Notes under the pieces: generated by a model
What the model saw: only the letters and a program-made list of their open reading frames with translations
The model's database searches: none
What the model was told of the DNA's origin: nothing
Assembly: GCA_040220235.1 (NCBI GenBank)
Contig: JAVJTO010000074.1
Direction: 5' to 3' (one strand)
Length of the DNA stretch: 27,507 bases
From: Coleofasciculus sp. B1-GNL1-01
Lineage (GTDB): Bacteria; Cyanobacteriota; Cyanobacteriia; Cyanobacteriales; Coleofasciculaceae
Part shown: piece by piece, positions 17,878 through 26,599 of the stretch
How positions within the stretch are numbered: the first letter of the stretch is position 1
Layout of the letters: each line of letters starts with the position of its first letter
Position numbers and translations under genes: made by a program

Positions 17878-19290
17878 TCAGTTATATTGCCCAGCATTAC
17901 CTTTAACTGAGCTAAAATATTGACGATATAAATCACAACTTGGTATCACTTGATTTTCTCGCAGATACACTAATCCCATACTGTGTAACTGCAATGCCAG
18001 TCCCCAATCTATTTCCACAGATGTTGGTGAACTGACAACGTAAGTAAAGGCTTGATAAAGGTCTGGATACTGGTGTAAATTTGTTAATTGCTGACGTAAA
18101 TGTTGAGCGTAGATTTTTCCTTTTTTTGCACATTTTAGTAACAACTGCTCTAGAGTGACATCCTGCTGCCAGATGTGATACAGGGCTTTCCGGATTAGAT
18201 AGGGATGACCTCCGACTAAAGACATAAGTTGCTCTACCTGATTAGCTGACCAGTTAAGTCGGTGACGTCTTGCTAAATCTTGTACCTGCTTCCTGCCAAA
18301 TGTTGATAACTCAATCAAGAGTCCAATATTAAACGCTGAGTGATTGATATTCGATAGCATATCCACGTCCATGTAATGTACGATAACAAAGCGCAGTTTT
18401 TTCCAGATAGAACTGTAACGATTTCCATACTTAGCTTTTTCATGCCAGGTTCGCAACAAGCCCAAAAAATTTAAGGTAATGTCTGGATATTGAAATATGA
18501 TATCCAAATCATCTAAACTCAGCACAACAGGAGTGTCAATTTCTGCTAAGAGATAGTTCTCAAAATAATCAGTACTACTAGAATTACTGCCCAAAATCTC
18601 ATCCCAACAGTCAGCTACGTGATTCGGCAACCCTAAGCTTTTACCAACACTGGCGCAGAACCACTGTAAAAATCGATCAAGACTAGAAAATATCTGGCTA
18701 TTGGCAAGCTGCAAGTTTAACGTTACTGTGCGATATCCTTGCCATCTGGCTTGCTCCAGAATTCTTGCCATCAGAGACGTTTTGCCCCATTGTCGGGGAG
18801 CATGAATGCGAATTAATGCTCCCGGTTGCAAAATAGTATCATAGCAGCGTGCTTCAATGGGGGGACGCTCTACATAAAAGGGAGAATCTAGAGGAACTTG
18901 TCCTCCGGGTAATTCTACTGTGGGAGTGGCGATGGCGTTCAGAGTGGATATGGTATTGGCAAAAGACAACGATTTTGGCGGAAATGATAACGGCTTCGCT
19001 ACATCCATTAACTCATCAGCTAGCTGCCATTCTCTGGCTTTGCGTTCTAGGACAACACGAAAATTCTTTTTATTAACTTTGGCGGCAAGTACTGAGGATA
19101 GAATGTCCCATAACTGGGCACCAACCGCTTTGGCATGAGAGTAAGAAACGCAGTGTGTCTGGGCAATTTGCTCGTAGGTGTAATTATTCCAAACGCCCCG
19201 CAGGACGGCAATTTGTAGGTTATTTAAGTGCTGATGGGTTTGGGCAAAGAGGAAAGATTGCAGGAGTTCAAGTGCTTCTTCAATACTCAT
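17878..19290 (-). CDS. N-terminal HTH plus AAA_35-like ATPase domain protein
   Basis: HTH-like LRGVW...TYEQIA...GAQLW, SPFYVERPPIE, Walker A APRQWGKTS, Walker B LSLDDLD, and GGHPYL. The start at MSIEEAL is preferred. Confidence 0.88.
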   Translation of the reverse strand: MSIEEALELLQSFLFAQTHQHLNNLQIAVLRGVWNNYTYEQIAQTHCVSYSHAKAVGAQLWDILSSVLAAKVNKKNFRVVLERKAREWQLADELMDVAKPLSFPPKSLSFANTISTLNAIATPTVELPGGQVPLDSPFYVERPPIEARCYDTILQPGALIRIHAPRQWGKTSLMARILEQARWQGYRTVTLNLQLANSQIFSSLDRFLQWFCASVGKSLGLPNHVADCWDEILGSNSSSTDYFENYLLAEIDTPVVLSLDDLDIIFQYPDITLNFLGLLRTWHEKAKYGNRYSSIWKKLRFVIVHYMDVDMLSNINHSAFNIGLLIELSTFGRKQVQDLARRHRLNWSANQVEQLMSLVGGHPYLIRKALYHIWQQDVTLEQLLLKCAKKGKIYAQHLRQQLTNLHQYPDLYQAFTYVVSSPTSVEIDWGLALQLHSMGLVYLRENQVIPSCDLYRQYFSSVKGNAGQYN

Positions 19291-19535
19291 TAGCTGAATT
19301 CCCTTAGTTGGATTGTCACTACCTAGTGCGCCGATCGAGTAAGAGTAGTCGATGATCACAACAAGTCACAAAAAAGAATTATTTCGTATAAAAGGCTACA
19401 TTTTTGCGGACTTACACGAGATGATTCGATTACTGAACCAATGTTCTAGCTTACCATTTCACCTTATTTCTGAGAAAATGTAGCTTATGCAGTTTGATTA
19501 CTCTGTAGCTCTAATAACTTGAATCGGTGAGAATA

Positions 19536-19671
19536 TTCATAAGCTTTATTTATAGTATTAATAAGCAAAAGTTATATTAATTCCTACTTCTTCACAAGAA
19601 CTTCATAATCGCTCCTACCATTTCATATAAACTTCATAAAACCCTTCATTTAAGGTTCATACTATTTCATG
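19536..19671. promoter_or_regulatory. Helically phased TTCATA direct-repeat array
   Basis: TTCA(T/C)N copies at 19536, 19591, 19602, 19622, 19633, 19645, 19656 and 19666. Confidence 0.6.
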
Positions 19672-19772
19672 CCGACAAGGAATAGGATAACCGTGTACTT
19701 TAATCAATAACCAATAAAAATTATTGGTTGGCAGAACACTTAGCACTTTAGGCTTTACATAGTCGTCCAATT

Positions 19773-20578
19773 ATGAAACTATTTGCCGCTACTCGTTCAA
19801 CTTTTGTTGCTGCATCTTTGGGTCTATCCCTCTTAGGGCTTTCAAATAACATAACGCGAACGCCGCTGATCTGACACCTGTTGATCTGGAATTATCTTTC
19901 CTAGTTGACGTGTCGGGGAGCGTCAGTAATAGCGAATTTAATCTGCAACGAGATGCCTATGAAACTGTTTTTAATGATGCAAACCTTTTTGAAGATTTTA
20001 TTTCTCAAGGAGAGCTGGGTACAATTGCGGTGAATCTAATCTACTGGTCTAGTTCAGGTCAGCAAGAAGAAGCAGTAGGCTGGACTCTCATCGATAGTGT
20101 GGAAGCTTCACAAGATTTTGCTAGTGCTGTTGCTGCAGCGCCCCGTAATTTCTCAGGTTTGACTGCTCCTGGTTCTGCCATTGATTTTGCTACGCCCCGC
20201 TTTTTCAACAACGACTTTGACGGAACCCGCTTAGTCATGGATGTGTCGGGTGACGGTCAAGAAAATGACGGTTTAGATACAGCAACAGCAAGGAATAATG
20301 CAATTGCAGCCGGCATTGATTCTATCAACGGACTAGTAATTGGGAATAATTCTTCTGTTCTCAACTTTTATGAAAATGAAGTCAAAGGTGGTTCCAATAG
20401 CTTCGTTTCTCAGGTCGATGACTTTACAGGCTTTGGCGCTGCACTCCAGAATAAGATCGAAATCGAAATCAGCAACGGTAATGGTCAAGATGTTCCCGAA
20501 CCTGCTTCTGTCATCAGTCTTCTAGCATTGGGTGTCCTTGGTACGGGTTCAGTACTAAAGCGCCAAAAGAAAGAGTGA
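19773..20578 (+). pseudogene. DUF1194 (vWA-like) PEP-CTERM surface protein, frameshifted by a 5-bp duplication
   Basis: The signal peptide from ATG 19773 is out of frame with VDLELSFLVDVSGS...VPEPASVISLLALGVLGTGSVLKRQKKE. Removing one ATAAC (19846-19855) restores a 266-aa ORF. Confidence 0.88.
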
Positions 20579-20611
20579 CTTTAGGATAATAGGTAAAAAC
20601 ACCACGTTGAT

Positions 20612-20635
20612 GGGGCGCAAGGCTTGCGCCCCTAC
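20612..20635. repeat. REP palindrome downstream of the PEP-CTERM gene
   Basis: GGGGCGCAAG-g-CTTGCGCCCC-TAC. Confidence 0.85.
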
Positions 20636-20830
20636 CAAACAATTCTAATCCCGATTCAACCAACAATAACTGCTAAACGATAGATTAGACGTTTATATTG
20701 ACCGCGTATCTCTTGTCTCACGTTGACGACGCTCGACAGACAGGGATTTCTACGACGAGACGGGTGTTTTCGATAGTAGCGTTCACGGAGATTTACCAGT
20801 ATATTAGTCAAAAAGCTTGCCGACTCAGCT

Positions 20831-22360
20831 ATGGTTGCTCCTATCCCAGACGGTACTGAAATCGAGCGTCACAGGGCTGCAATAGTCCGCACTAACTTAT
20901 CTAAGCCTGTGCGACTAGCCCTAGAAAGTGCAATTCTGACTAAAGATACTTCATTTTTTGACTACGGCTGTGGTCGTGGTAGTGACATCAACCGTCTGCG
21001 TCGGCAAGGCTATACCACGGCGGGTTGGGACCCCTACTACCATGGCGGCAATTCCCTCGTACCCTCTGATATCGTTAACCTAGGCTACGTAATCAACGTC
21101 ATTGAAAAGCCAGGAGAACGTCGCCAAGCCTTACTAAAAGCCTGGGAACTCACCCAAAAGGTGCTGATCGTCTCTGCCCAAGTTTTAATTGATGACCGTA
21201 GTTCTGGGCAAATTGCTTATGGTGATGGTATTGTCACCCGCCGGAATACGTTTCAGAAATACTACGAACAAGAAGAACTCAAAGCCTACATTGACCAAGT
21301 ATTAGGGGTTGATGCTATTCCCGTTGACTTGGGCATCTATTTTATATTCCGAGATTCCACTCAAGCCGAAAGCTTCCGGGCATCCCGCTTCCGTTCTCGT
21401 ACCATTACCCCCAGAATCCGGGTTAGCGTGAAGCGGTTCGAGGACTATCAAGATATGCTTGCTCCTCTGATGGCATTTGTCACCGAACGGGGACGCCTTC
21501 CCAGTCCCCTGGAACTCACCAATACCGAAGAAATCCTCGAAGAATTCGGCACCCTACGCCGTGCATTTAAGGTTATTTTACAAGTGACTGAGCAAAACGA
21601 ATGGGATGCGATCGCAGATAAACGTCGCCATGATTTCCTCGTCTATCTCGCCTTGGCTAAATTCAATGGTCGCCCCAAGTTTGGTCAATTAGATCCTTTA
21701 GTCCAAAATGATATTAGAGCCTTCTTTGGCAACTATCAACAAGCCTGTGCTGCGGCTGATTTAATCCTCTTGAGTGTGGGCAATCCCGGCTTAATTGCCA
21801 ATTGCTGCAAGCGATCTCCAGTGGGAAAACTTCTTCCCACCGCCCTCTACGTCCACGTTTCGGCACTCGAAGCCCTCGAAGCGCCACTCCGACTCTACGA
21901 AGGATGCGCCAGCCGGACTGTTGGTCGCCTAGAGGAGGCAACCTTAGTCAAGTTTCATATTAATCAACCTAAAATATCCTACCTGTTCTATCCCAATTTC
22001 GATACTGAACCCCATCCAGAACTACACACAAGCATGAACATTGACTTGCAGGATTTACAGGTTACCTATCGCCATTACGATGCCTCCAGAAATCCCCCTG
22101 TCTTACACCGTAAAGAAACCTTCGTCACTCCAGATTATCCCCTGTACGAAAAATTTGCCAAACTTACTCGTCAGGAAGAAGACTGGGGACTACTGGATAA
22201 TACCCAAACTATCGGTACGCGCCAAGGCTGGCAACAATGCCTAATCGACCATTGCGCCCAACTCCAAGGGCATCGTGTTATCTGGCGCAAAGATGCTGAT
22301 CCTTACCGCCTTAAACTACGCCAAGCGGCACACCGTCAACGGACGAAACGCCAGGTTTAA
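20831..22360 (+). CDS. DNA phosphorothioation-associated putative methyltransferase family protein
   Basis: ERHRAAI.R..LSKP, SAM-binding FDYGCGRG.D, GWDPYY, VNLGYVINVIE, TFQKYYEQEEL and NPPVLHRKE motifs. Confidence 0.85.
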   Translation: MVAPIPDGTEIERHRAAIVRTNLSKPVRLALESAILTKDTSFFDYGCGRGSDINRLRRQGYTTAGWDPYYHGGNSLVPSDIVNLGYVINVIEKPGERRQALLKAWELTQKVLIVSAQVLIDDRSSGQIAYGDGIVTRRNTFQKYYEQEELKAYIDQVLGVDAIPVDLGIYFIFRDSTQAESFRASRFRSRTITPRIRVSVKRFEDYQDMLAPLMAFVTERGRLPSPLELTNTEEILEEFGTLRRAFKVILQVTEQNEWDAIADKRRHDFLVYLALAKFNGRPKFGQLDPLVQNDIRAFFGNYQQACAAADLILLSVGNPGLIANCCKRSPVGKLLPTALYVHVSALEALEAPLRLYEGCASRTVGRLEEATLVKFHINQPKISYLFYPNFDTEPHPELHTSMNIDLQDLQVTYRHYDASRNPPVLHRKETFVTPDYPLYEKFAKLTRQEEDWGLLDNTQTIGTRQGWQQCLIDHCAQLQGHRVIWRKDADPYRLKLRQAAHRQRTKRQV

Positions 22361-22415
22361 CCGCAATGCTGAAATAGAAGGCTGTAGGGTAGAGGGCAGA
22401 AATACTGGTTAAGAG

Positions 22416-22478
22416 GAGCAGGGGGAGCAGGGGAAGCAGGGGGAGCAGGGGGAGCAGGGGAAGCAGGGGGAGCAGGGG
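22416..22478 (+). repeat. (G/A)AGCAGGGG x7 tandem repeat
   Basis: Seven consecutive 9-mers read directly. Confidence 0.95.
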
Positions 22479-22583
22479 GAGAACAATTCCAATTAGAGCT
22501 TGCAGTATTGGGGCATAAGGTTTATTAGAGATACGTGTTCATTTCAGCCATCAAGAACATCCTAACCTTTATACGAAAGCGAT

Positions 22584-22660
22584 AAAAAAAACCCCTGGCA
22601 GTCGGAGAATACTACCAGGGATTGCCATCTACAACTGAGAGCTTGCATTTTTTCGTTGCC
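22584..22660 (-). ncRNA. Candidate sRNA A (~76 nt)
   Basis: -10-like TATCGT (22671-22666), 10-bp terminator stem CCCUGGUAGU/ACUGCCAGGG plus U8, and no upstream gene to terminate. Confidence 0.6.
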
Positions 22661-22694
22661 TTTATACGATAACGATTGTGGGAAACCAACAGAA

Positions 22695-22752
22695 TCCGGG
22701 AAATTAAGGAATTATCAAACTGGACTTGGGCAAAGATCCCAGAATTTACGGA
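22695..22752. promoter_or_regulatory. Two related TCC-N10-GGA boxes in the divergent promoter region
   Basis: TCCGGGAAATTAAGGA (22695-22710) and TCCCAGAATTTACGGA (22737-22752), 12 of 16 identical. Confidence 0.5.
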
Positions 22753-22787
22753 TCTCATTGAGTCGGTGAAACCAGTAGGCTCAAGAT

Positions 22788-22855
22788 TGAGACCGAAAAA
22801 TACATTGGGAGTTTGATGCCCCTGGCAGTTTAACCACTGATCAGGGGATTTTCTT
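22788..22855 (+). ncRNA. Candidate sRNA B (~68 nt), paralog of A
   Basis: -10-like TAGGCT (22776-22781), stem CCCCUGGCAGU/ACUGAUCAGGGG plus AUUUUCUU, and colinear similarity to A. Confidence 0.55.
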
Positions 22856-22870
22856 GTGGGTGATTGTTCA

Positions 22871-23211
22871 TATCATGTCCGCCTAATACCAAGTTGCGTT
22901 CAAAGATAGCAGATATAGCGCTACGCGCTAGGCAATGGGCAATAGGCAATGGGCAATAGTGAAGAAAAACACTGACTCATCAAGGGATTGAGCGATTTAA
23001 ATTTTTCTTCTTTTGTCCTAACCTGTGTGCGTAGTGCTATAGAGTAAATGGGGTGAGGGGGTGAGAGGGAGATAGGGAGAAAAAGAAAGTTCTACATTAG
23101 ACGGCAACTTGGTATAAACAGTAATTATTTTATTCTGCCTTCTGCCTTCTTGAAGTCCTCTGCCCTCTACCTTGTTTCCACCAAAGTGTAAGTATTCAAC
23201 CGGATTTAATA
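22871..23211. mobile_element. Three nested MITEs
   Basis: Outer TATCATGTCCG/CGGATTTAATA; middle 22887-23114 TACCAAGTTGC/GCAACTTGGTA; inner 22914-23041 TATAGCGCTACGC/GCGTAGTGCTATA. Confidence 0.75.
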
Positions 23212-23553
23212 TCAAAGGTGGTTAACAATGTTGCCTAAATGTCCGGAGTTTTTGCCAGAACCCTTGAATAAGGGTATTAAGCGGCATTTTATTGATGCCG
23301 ATAACTGAGTATGCAGAGCCATCAACTACCCCGCCCATAGCCTAGTGCAGCGGGCATGAAAATACTTGAGCAGCTTCGTAAATAGGATGAAGCTGGGGGA
23401 GCTGAGGGAGATATTAGCTGTTCAGTTATTTCTGCCTTCTTGCACTAGCTATGGAGGTTAGCGCTCTATAGCGTTTTATGGATAAGGATCAGTAGGTGGA
23501 CATAATTAAAGTTAACGGTTTCTTGTCTTGTCAATTAATTGAGGTTTAATCGT

Positions 23554-23656
23554 TAAGCTGTCATGCATTTAAATTGGGTATTAGTAGCGAGCAAGATACT
23601 CGCACTACAAGGATTTCATGATTATTGATATTAAGGTTTAAATGCCGAACAGCTTA
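23554..23656. mobile_element. MITE carrying an internal GTAG-REP-like palindrome
   Basis: TAAGCTGTCATGCATTTAAA / TTTAAATGCCGAACAGCTTA (17 of 20 match). Internal GTAGCGAGCAAGATACTCGCACTAC at 23584-23608. Confidence 0.8.
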
Positions 23657-24006
23657 TCTAAAAAAACTAAATATTAGGATTTTTTTAAATACAAAAAAAT
23701 AAAAATTGCTTAAAAATACCTACAAAAAATAATGCGACCCTCTAATGACACTATACAGAAATAAGGTAAATTTTTATTTATTCAGAGAAAAACAAAGCGG
23801 CGCTTTATCGAAAAAATACAATATTTGGCTGATTCCTTTGGTAAATTTAGTGGGTATACTAGATCCTTGATACTTTCATTCAATTTAATCTTTGAATAGA
23901 GAAGAATCTATCCCTATCAAAGGAGTAATACAATGCTTTGCGGATCAAAGAATTGAAATCACGAAAAGTCCTTAAACTGTGATCCTTTATATCTGTGGAA
24001 AAACTT

Positions 24007-25698
24007 ATGAAAGTAGCGCCAATCCATATCTCAAACCTTGAGAATCAAGAGTTTTTACAAGAATCCTCTGAGAGGGTAGAACTGATAGAGCAGTTACTGG
24101 CAATTGGTACAGCCCTTTCGAGTAGTAATGATTTGGAGGAATTACTCCGACTAATTTTATCCAAAAGCCGGGAAATTACGTTTAGTGATGCAGGTAGTCT
24201 GTATCTGATCGATCACACTCAGGCGGAGCCGAGATTGTTATTTAAGGTGGCACAGAATGACTCGCTACCCAACAAGCCATTCAACGAGTTCGTAATGCCT
24301 CTCAACCGTAAAAGTTTGGCGGGGTACGTCGCGCTAACGGGTGAAAGTTTAAAGTTGGCAGATGCGTATAAATTGCCTGCCAATGTGCCTTATGCCCTTG
24401 ACCGCAGTTTTGACACGAATATGCCCTATCGGACTTGTTCGGTATTAGTTTTGCCGATGCAAAAACCAGACGGAGAAATTATTGGCGTATTACAACTGAT
24501 TAATCGCAAGCGCCGCCCTGATGTCATGCTCACAGCCAAAAACGCTGTGGACGTGACCCAGCCCTATTCAGAATGGGAAGAGCGGATTGTGCGATCGCTG
24601 GCGTCTCAGGCGGCAATTTCCATTGAACGCAATCATCTTCAAGAAAGTATCGAAAATCTGTTTGAGGGCTTTGTCAGAGCCTCTGTGCAAATTATTGAGA
24701 CACGGGACCCGACAACCTCTGGTCACTCGGAACGGGTGGCAGAACTCACCGTGCGACTGTGTGAAGAGACGTCGGCAATCACCAAGGGTTCTCTGAGTTC
24801 CGTGTATTTGAACGATCGCCAAATCCGAGAACTTCGCTATGCGGCATTGTTACATGACTTTGGCAAAGTGGGTGTCCCAGAAGCCATTTTGGGCAAGCGC
24901 AAGAAACTCTATCCCTCACAGCTAGAGGTGATTCTCCATCGCTTTGCCCTAGCGCAGCGCACTCTGGAAATGGAATGCGCTCAAAACAAGTTCAAGTATT
25001 TACTCGAACATCCTGACCATCGCCATGACAATAACAATTCAACTTCGAGCTGTCCTCACTGCCAAAAACTAGAACAGCTTGATACACAACTGGCTCAAGC
25101 CATTGAAACAATCAAGCATTATCGGGAATTTGTGCAACAACTCAATGAGCCAGAAGTACTGCTAACTCGCGATTTTCAGGCATTTACAGAGGAAACATTA
25201 ACTCAACTAACTGTTTTATCCCAATACACCTATCGAGATGTAGATGGTCAACTCAAACCCCTGATTACCAAGGCAGAGATGGTTCAATTGCTTGTGCCAA
25301 AAGGAAACTTAACCCCTGAAGAGCGTCTGGGCATTGAGTCTCATGTTACCCACACGTACCATTTTCTCCAACGCATTCCCTGGACAAAGCATCTCAAAGA
25401 CGTTCCGATAATTGCCTATGGACATCACGAGAAACTCGATGGCAGTGGTTACCCCAGGGGCTTAAAGCAAGATGAAATTCCCATCCAAACCCAAATGCTC
25501 ACCGTTGCCGATATCTATGACGCCCTCACCGCCAGCGATCGCCCCTACAAGCGGCGGCTACCCCTGGAAACAGCACTGAAAATCCTTCGCCAAGAAGCCA
25601 CCAAAAATAAAATTAACGGTGACTTAGTGGAGTTATTTGAGCAACGCCAGGTTTTTCGCGTTTTGGGTCATTCCCTCAACATTGACTCTGTGGCTTGA
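24007..25698 (+). CDS. GAF plus HD-GYP cyclic-dinucleotide phosphodiesterase
   Basis: GAF IIGVLQLIN; GHSERV, LLHDFGKVG, HHEKLDGSGYP and ADIYDALT..DRPYK motifs; a long insert containing CPHC. Confidence 0.93.
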   Translation: MKVAPIHISNLENQEFLQESSERVELIEQLLAIGTALSSSNDLEELLRLILSKSREITFSDAGSLYLIDHTQAEPRLLFKVAQNDSLPNKPFNEFVMPLNRKSLAGYVALTGESLKLADAYKLPANVPYALDRSFDTNMPYRTCSVLVLPMQKPDGEIIGVLQLINRKRRPDVMLTAKNAVDVTQPYSEWEERIVRSLASQAAISIERNHLQESIENLFEGFVRASVQIIETRDPTTSGHSERVAELTVRLCEETSAITKGSLSSVYLNDRQIRELRYAALLHDFGKVGVPEAILGKRKKLYPSQLEVILHRFALAQRTLEMECAQNKFKYLLEHPDHRHDNNNSTSSCPHCQKLEQLDTQLAQAIETIKHYREFVQQLNEPEVLLTRDFQAFTEETLTQLTVLSQYTYRDVDGQLKPLITKAEMVQLLVPKGNLTPEERLGIESHVTHTYHFLQRIPWTKHLKDVPIIAYGHHEKLDGSGYPRGLKQDEIPIQTQMLTVADIYDALTASDRPYKRRLPLETALKILRQEATKNKINGDLVELFEQRQVFRVLGHSLNIDSVA

Positions 25699-25759
25699 CC
25701 CCTGGAAATTCCAGAGAGGTGCGGGGAAGCAGGGGAAGCACGGCGAACAAGACCCGCAA

Positions 25760-25787
25760 GTAGAGACGTGACAGGTCACGTCTCTAC
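25760..25787. repeat. GTAG-REP palindrome
   Basis: GTAGAGACGTGAC-ag-GTCACGTCTCTAC. Confidence 0.9.
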
Positions 25788-25896
25788 TTCTTTTGAGTGT
25801 GAACTGTGGGGACTGGATCGACGCCCTAAAGCTGATCCGAGTAGTATTGATCCGTGTATCGATCCGTCCCCGATCAAACAATTTGCAATTCTTATC

Positions 25897-26033
25897 TTTT
25901 CACCTAGTTTTCCCCACTAGATTCCCCAGTGTTTCCACATGAAATTTCCAAGTTTTCCACAAATTACATAAGGTTTTCCACAGGGATGAACGGCGGGATC
26001 GAGCCTATCCCCTCATGTTGGGGATTTTCCCCA
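25897..26033 (+). promoter_or_regulatory. Cluster of DnaA-box-like nonamers
   Basis: TTTTCCACA at 25953 and 25974, one-mismatch copies at 25908, 25931 and 26025, and weaker ones at 25897 and 25920. Confidence 0.55.
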
Positions 26034-26065
26034 TCAAGGATATGGAGGCGATACTCAACTGAATT

Positions 26066-26083
26066 TGTGTAAACTTGTGTAAC
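26066..26083 (-). promoter_or_regulatory. HLR1-like (RpaB-type) direct repeat
   Basis: Minus strand GTTACACA-AG-TTTACACA, one mismatch per half against KTTACAWW-N2-KTTACAWW. Confidence 0.4.
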
Positions 26084-26362
26084 GAAAATCGGATTCAAAG
26101 GCTGATTCTATCGTTAGCATTTTGGCGATTTGAGTGACCTTGTAATATTTCGTATCATTGACAACCCCACCCCATCTCAGTTGAGAATAGTGCGACCTAC
26201 CCATAAAAAAACTTGAGACAAGCAAAAGCAACAAGAGCAGTGGGTGCTGTGTCTAAGTCTATTTGCCGCTAGGTTTTAGCTACATTAGCCGATTTCCACA
26301 GACATGTAGAGAGCGAGCAAGGTGGCTTTTGTCCCAACACGCTATTCGATAGAGAGGTAACT

Positions 26363-26587
26363 ATGAACGCAACCGTCAGCATTTTGGCAGAAATCCCTGA
26401 AGACCTACACGAGTCCCTTAAGCGCTACTTAGAAACCCATCCTACTTGGGATCAAGACCGGGTTTTTGCCGCAGCGCTATCGCTGTTTTTGCTCCAAAAT
26501 GGGAGTGGTAAGACACCTGAAGCCTCCCAGACCTATCGGGCTTGCGCTCGTGTCTACTTAGAATCTCTATTTCAGTCTCCGGCTTGA
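26363..26587 (+). CDS. DUF2811 family protein
   Basis: VSILAEIPEDLHESL..YLETHPTWDQDRVFAAALSLFLLQN, with RBS AGAGG upstream. Confidence 0.9.
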   Translation: MNATVSILAEIPEDLHESLKRYLETHPTWDQDRVFAAALSLFLLQNGSGKTPEASQTYRACARVYLESLFQSPA

Positions 26588-26599
26588 GTAAAGTAGTGA

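Noticed and set aside
22416..23656. CRISPR array
   Set aside because: Repeats are spacerless tandems or MITE ends, and there are no cas genes.
285..25881. Numerous 60-124 aa antisense or alternate-frame ORFs inside larger genes
   Set aside because: Shadow ORFs of well-supported CDSs with no independent motifs.
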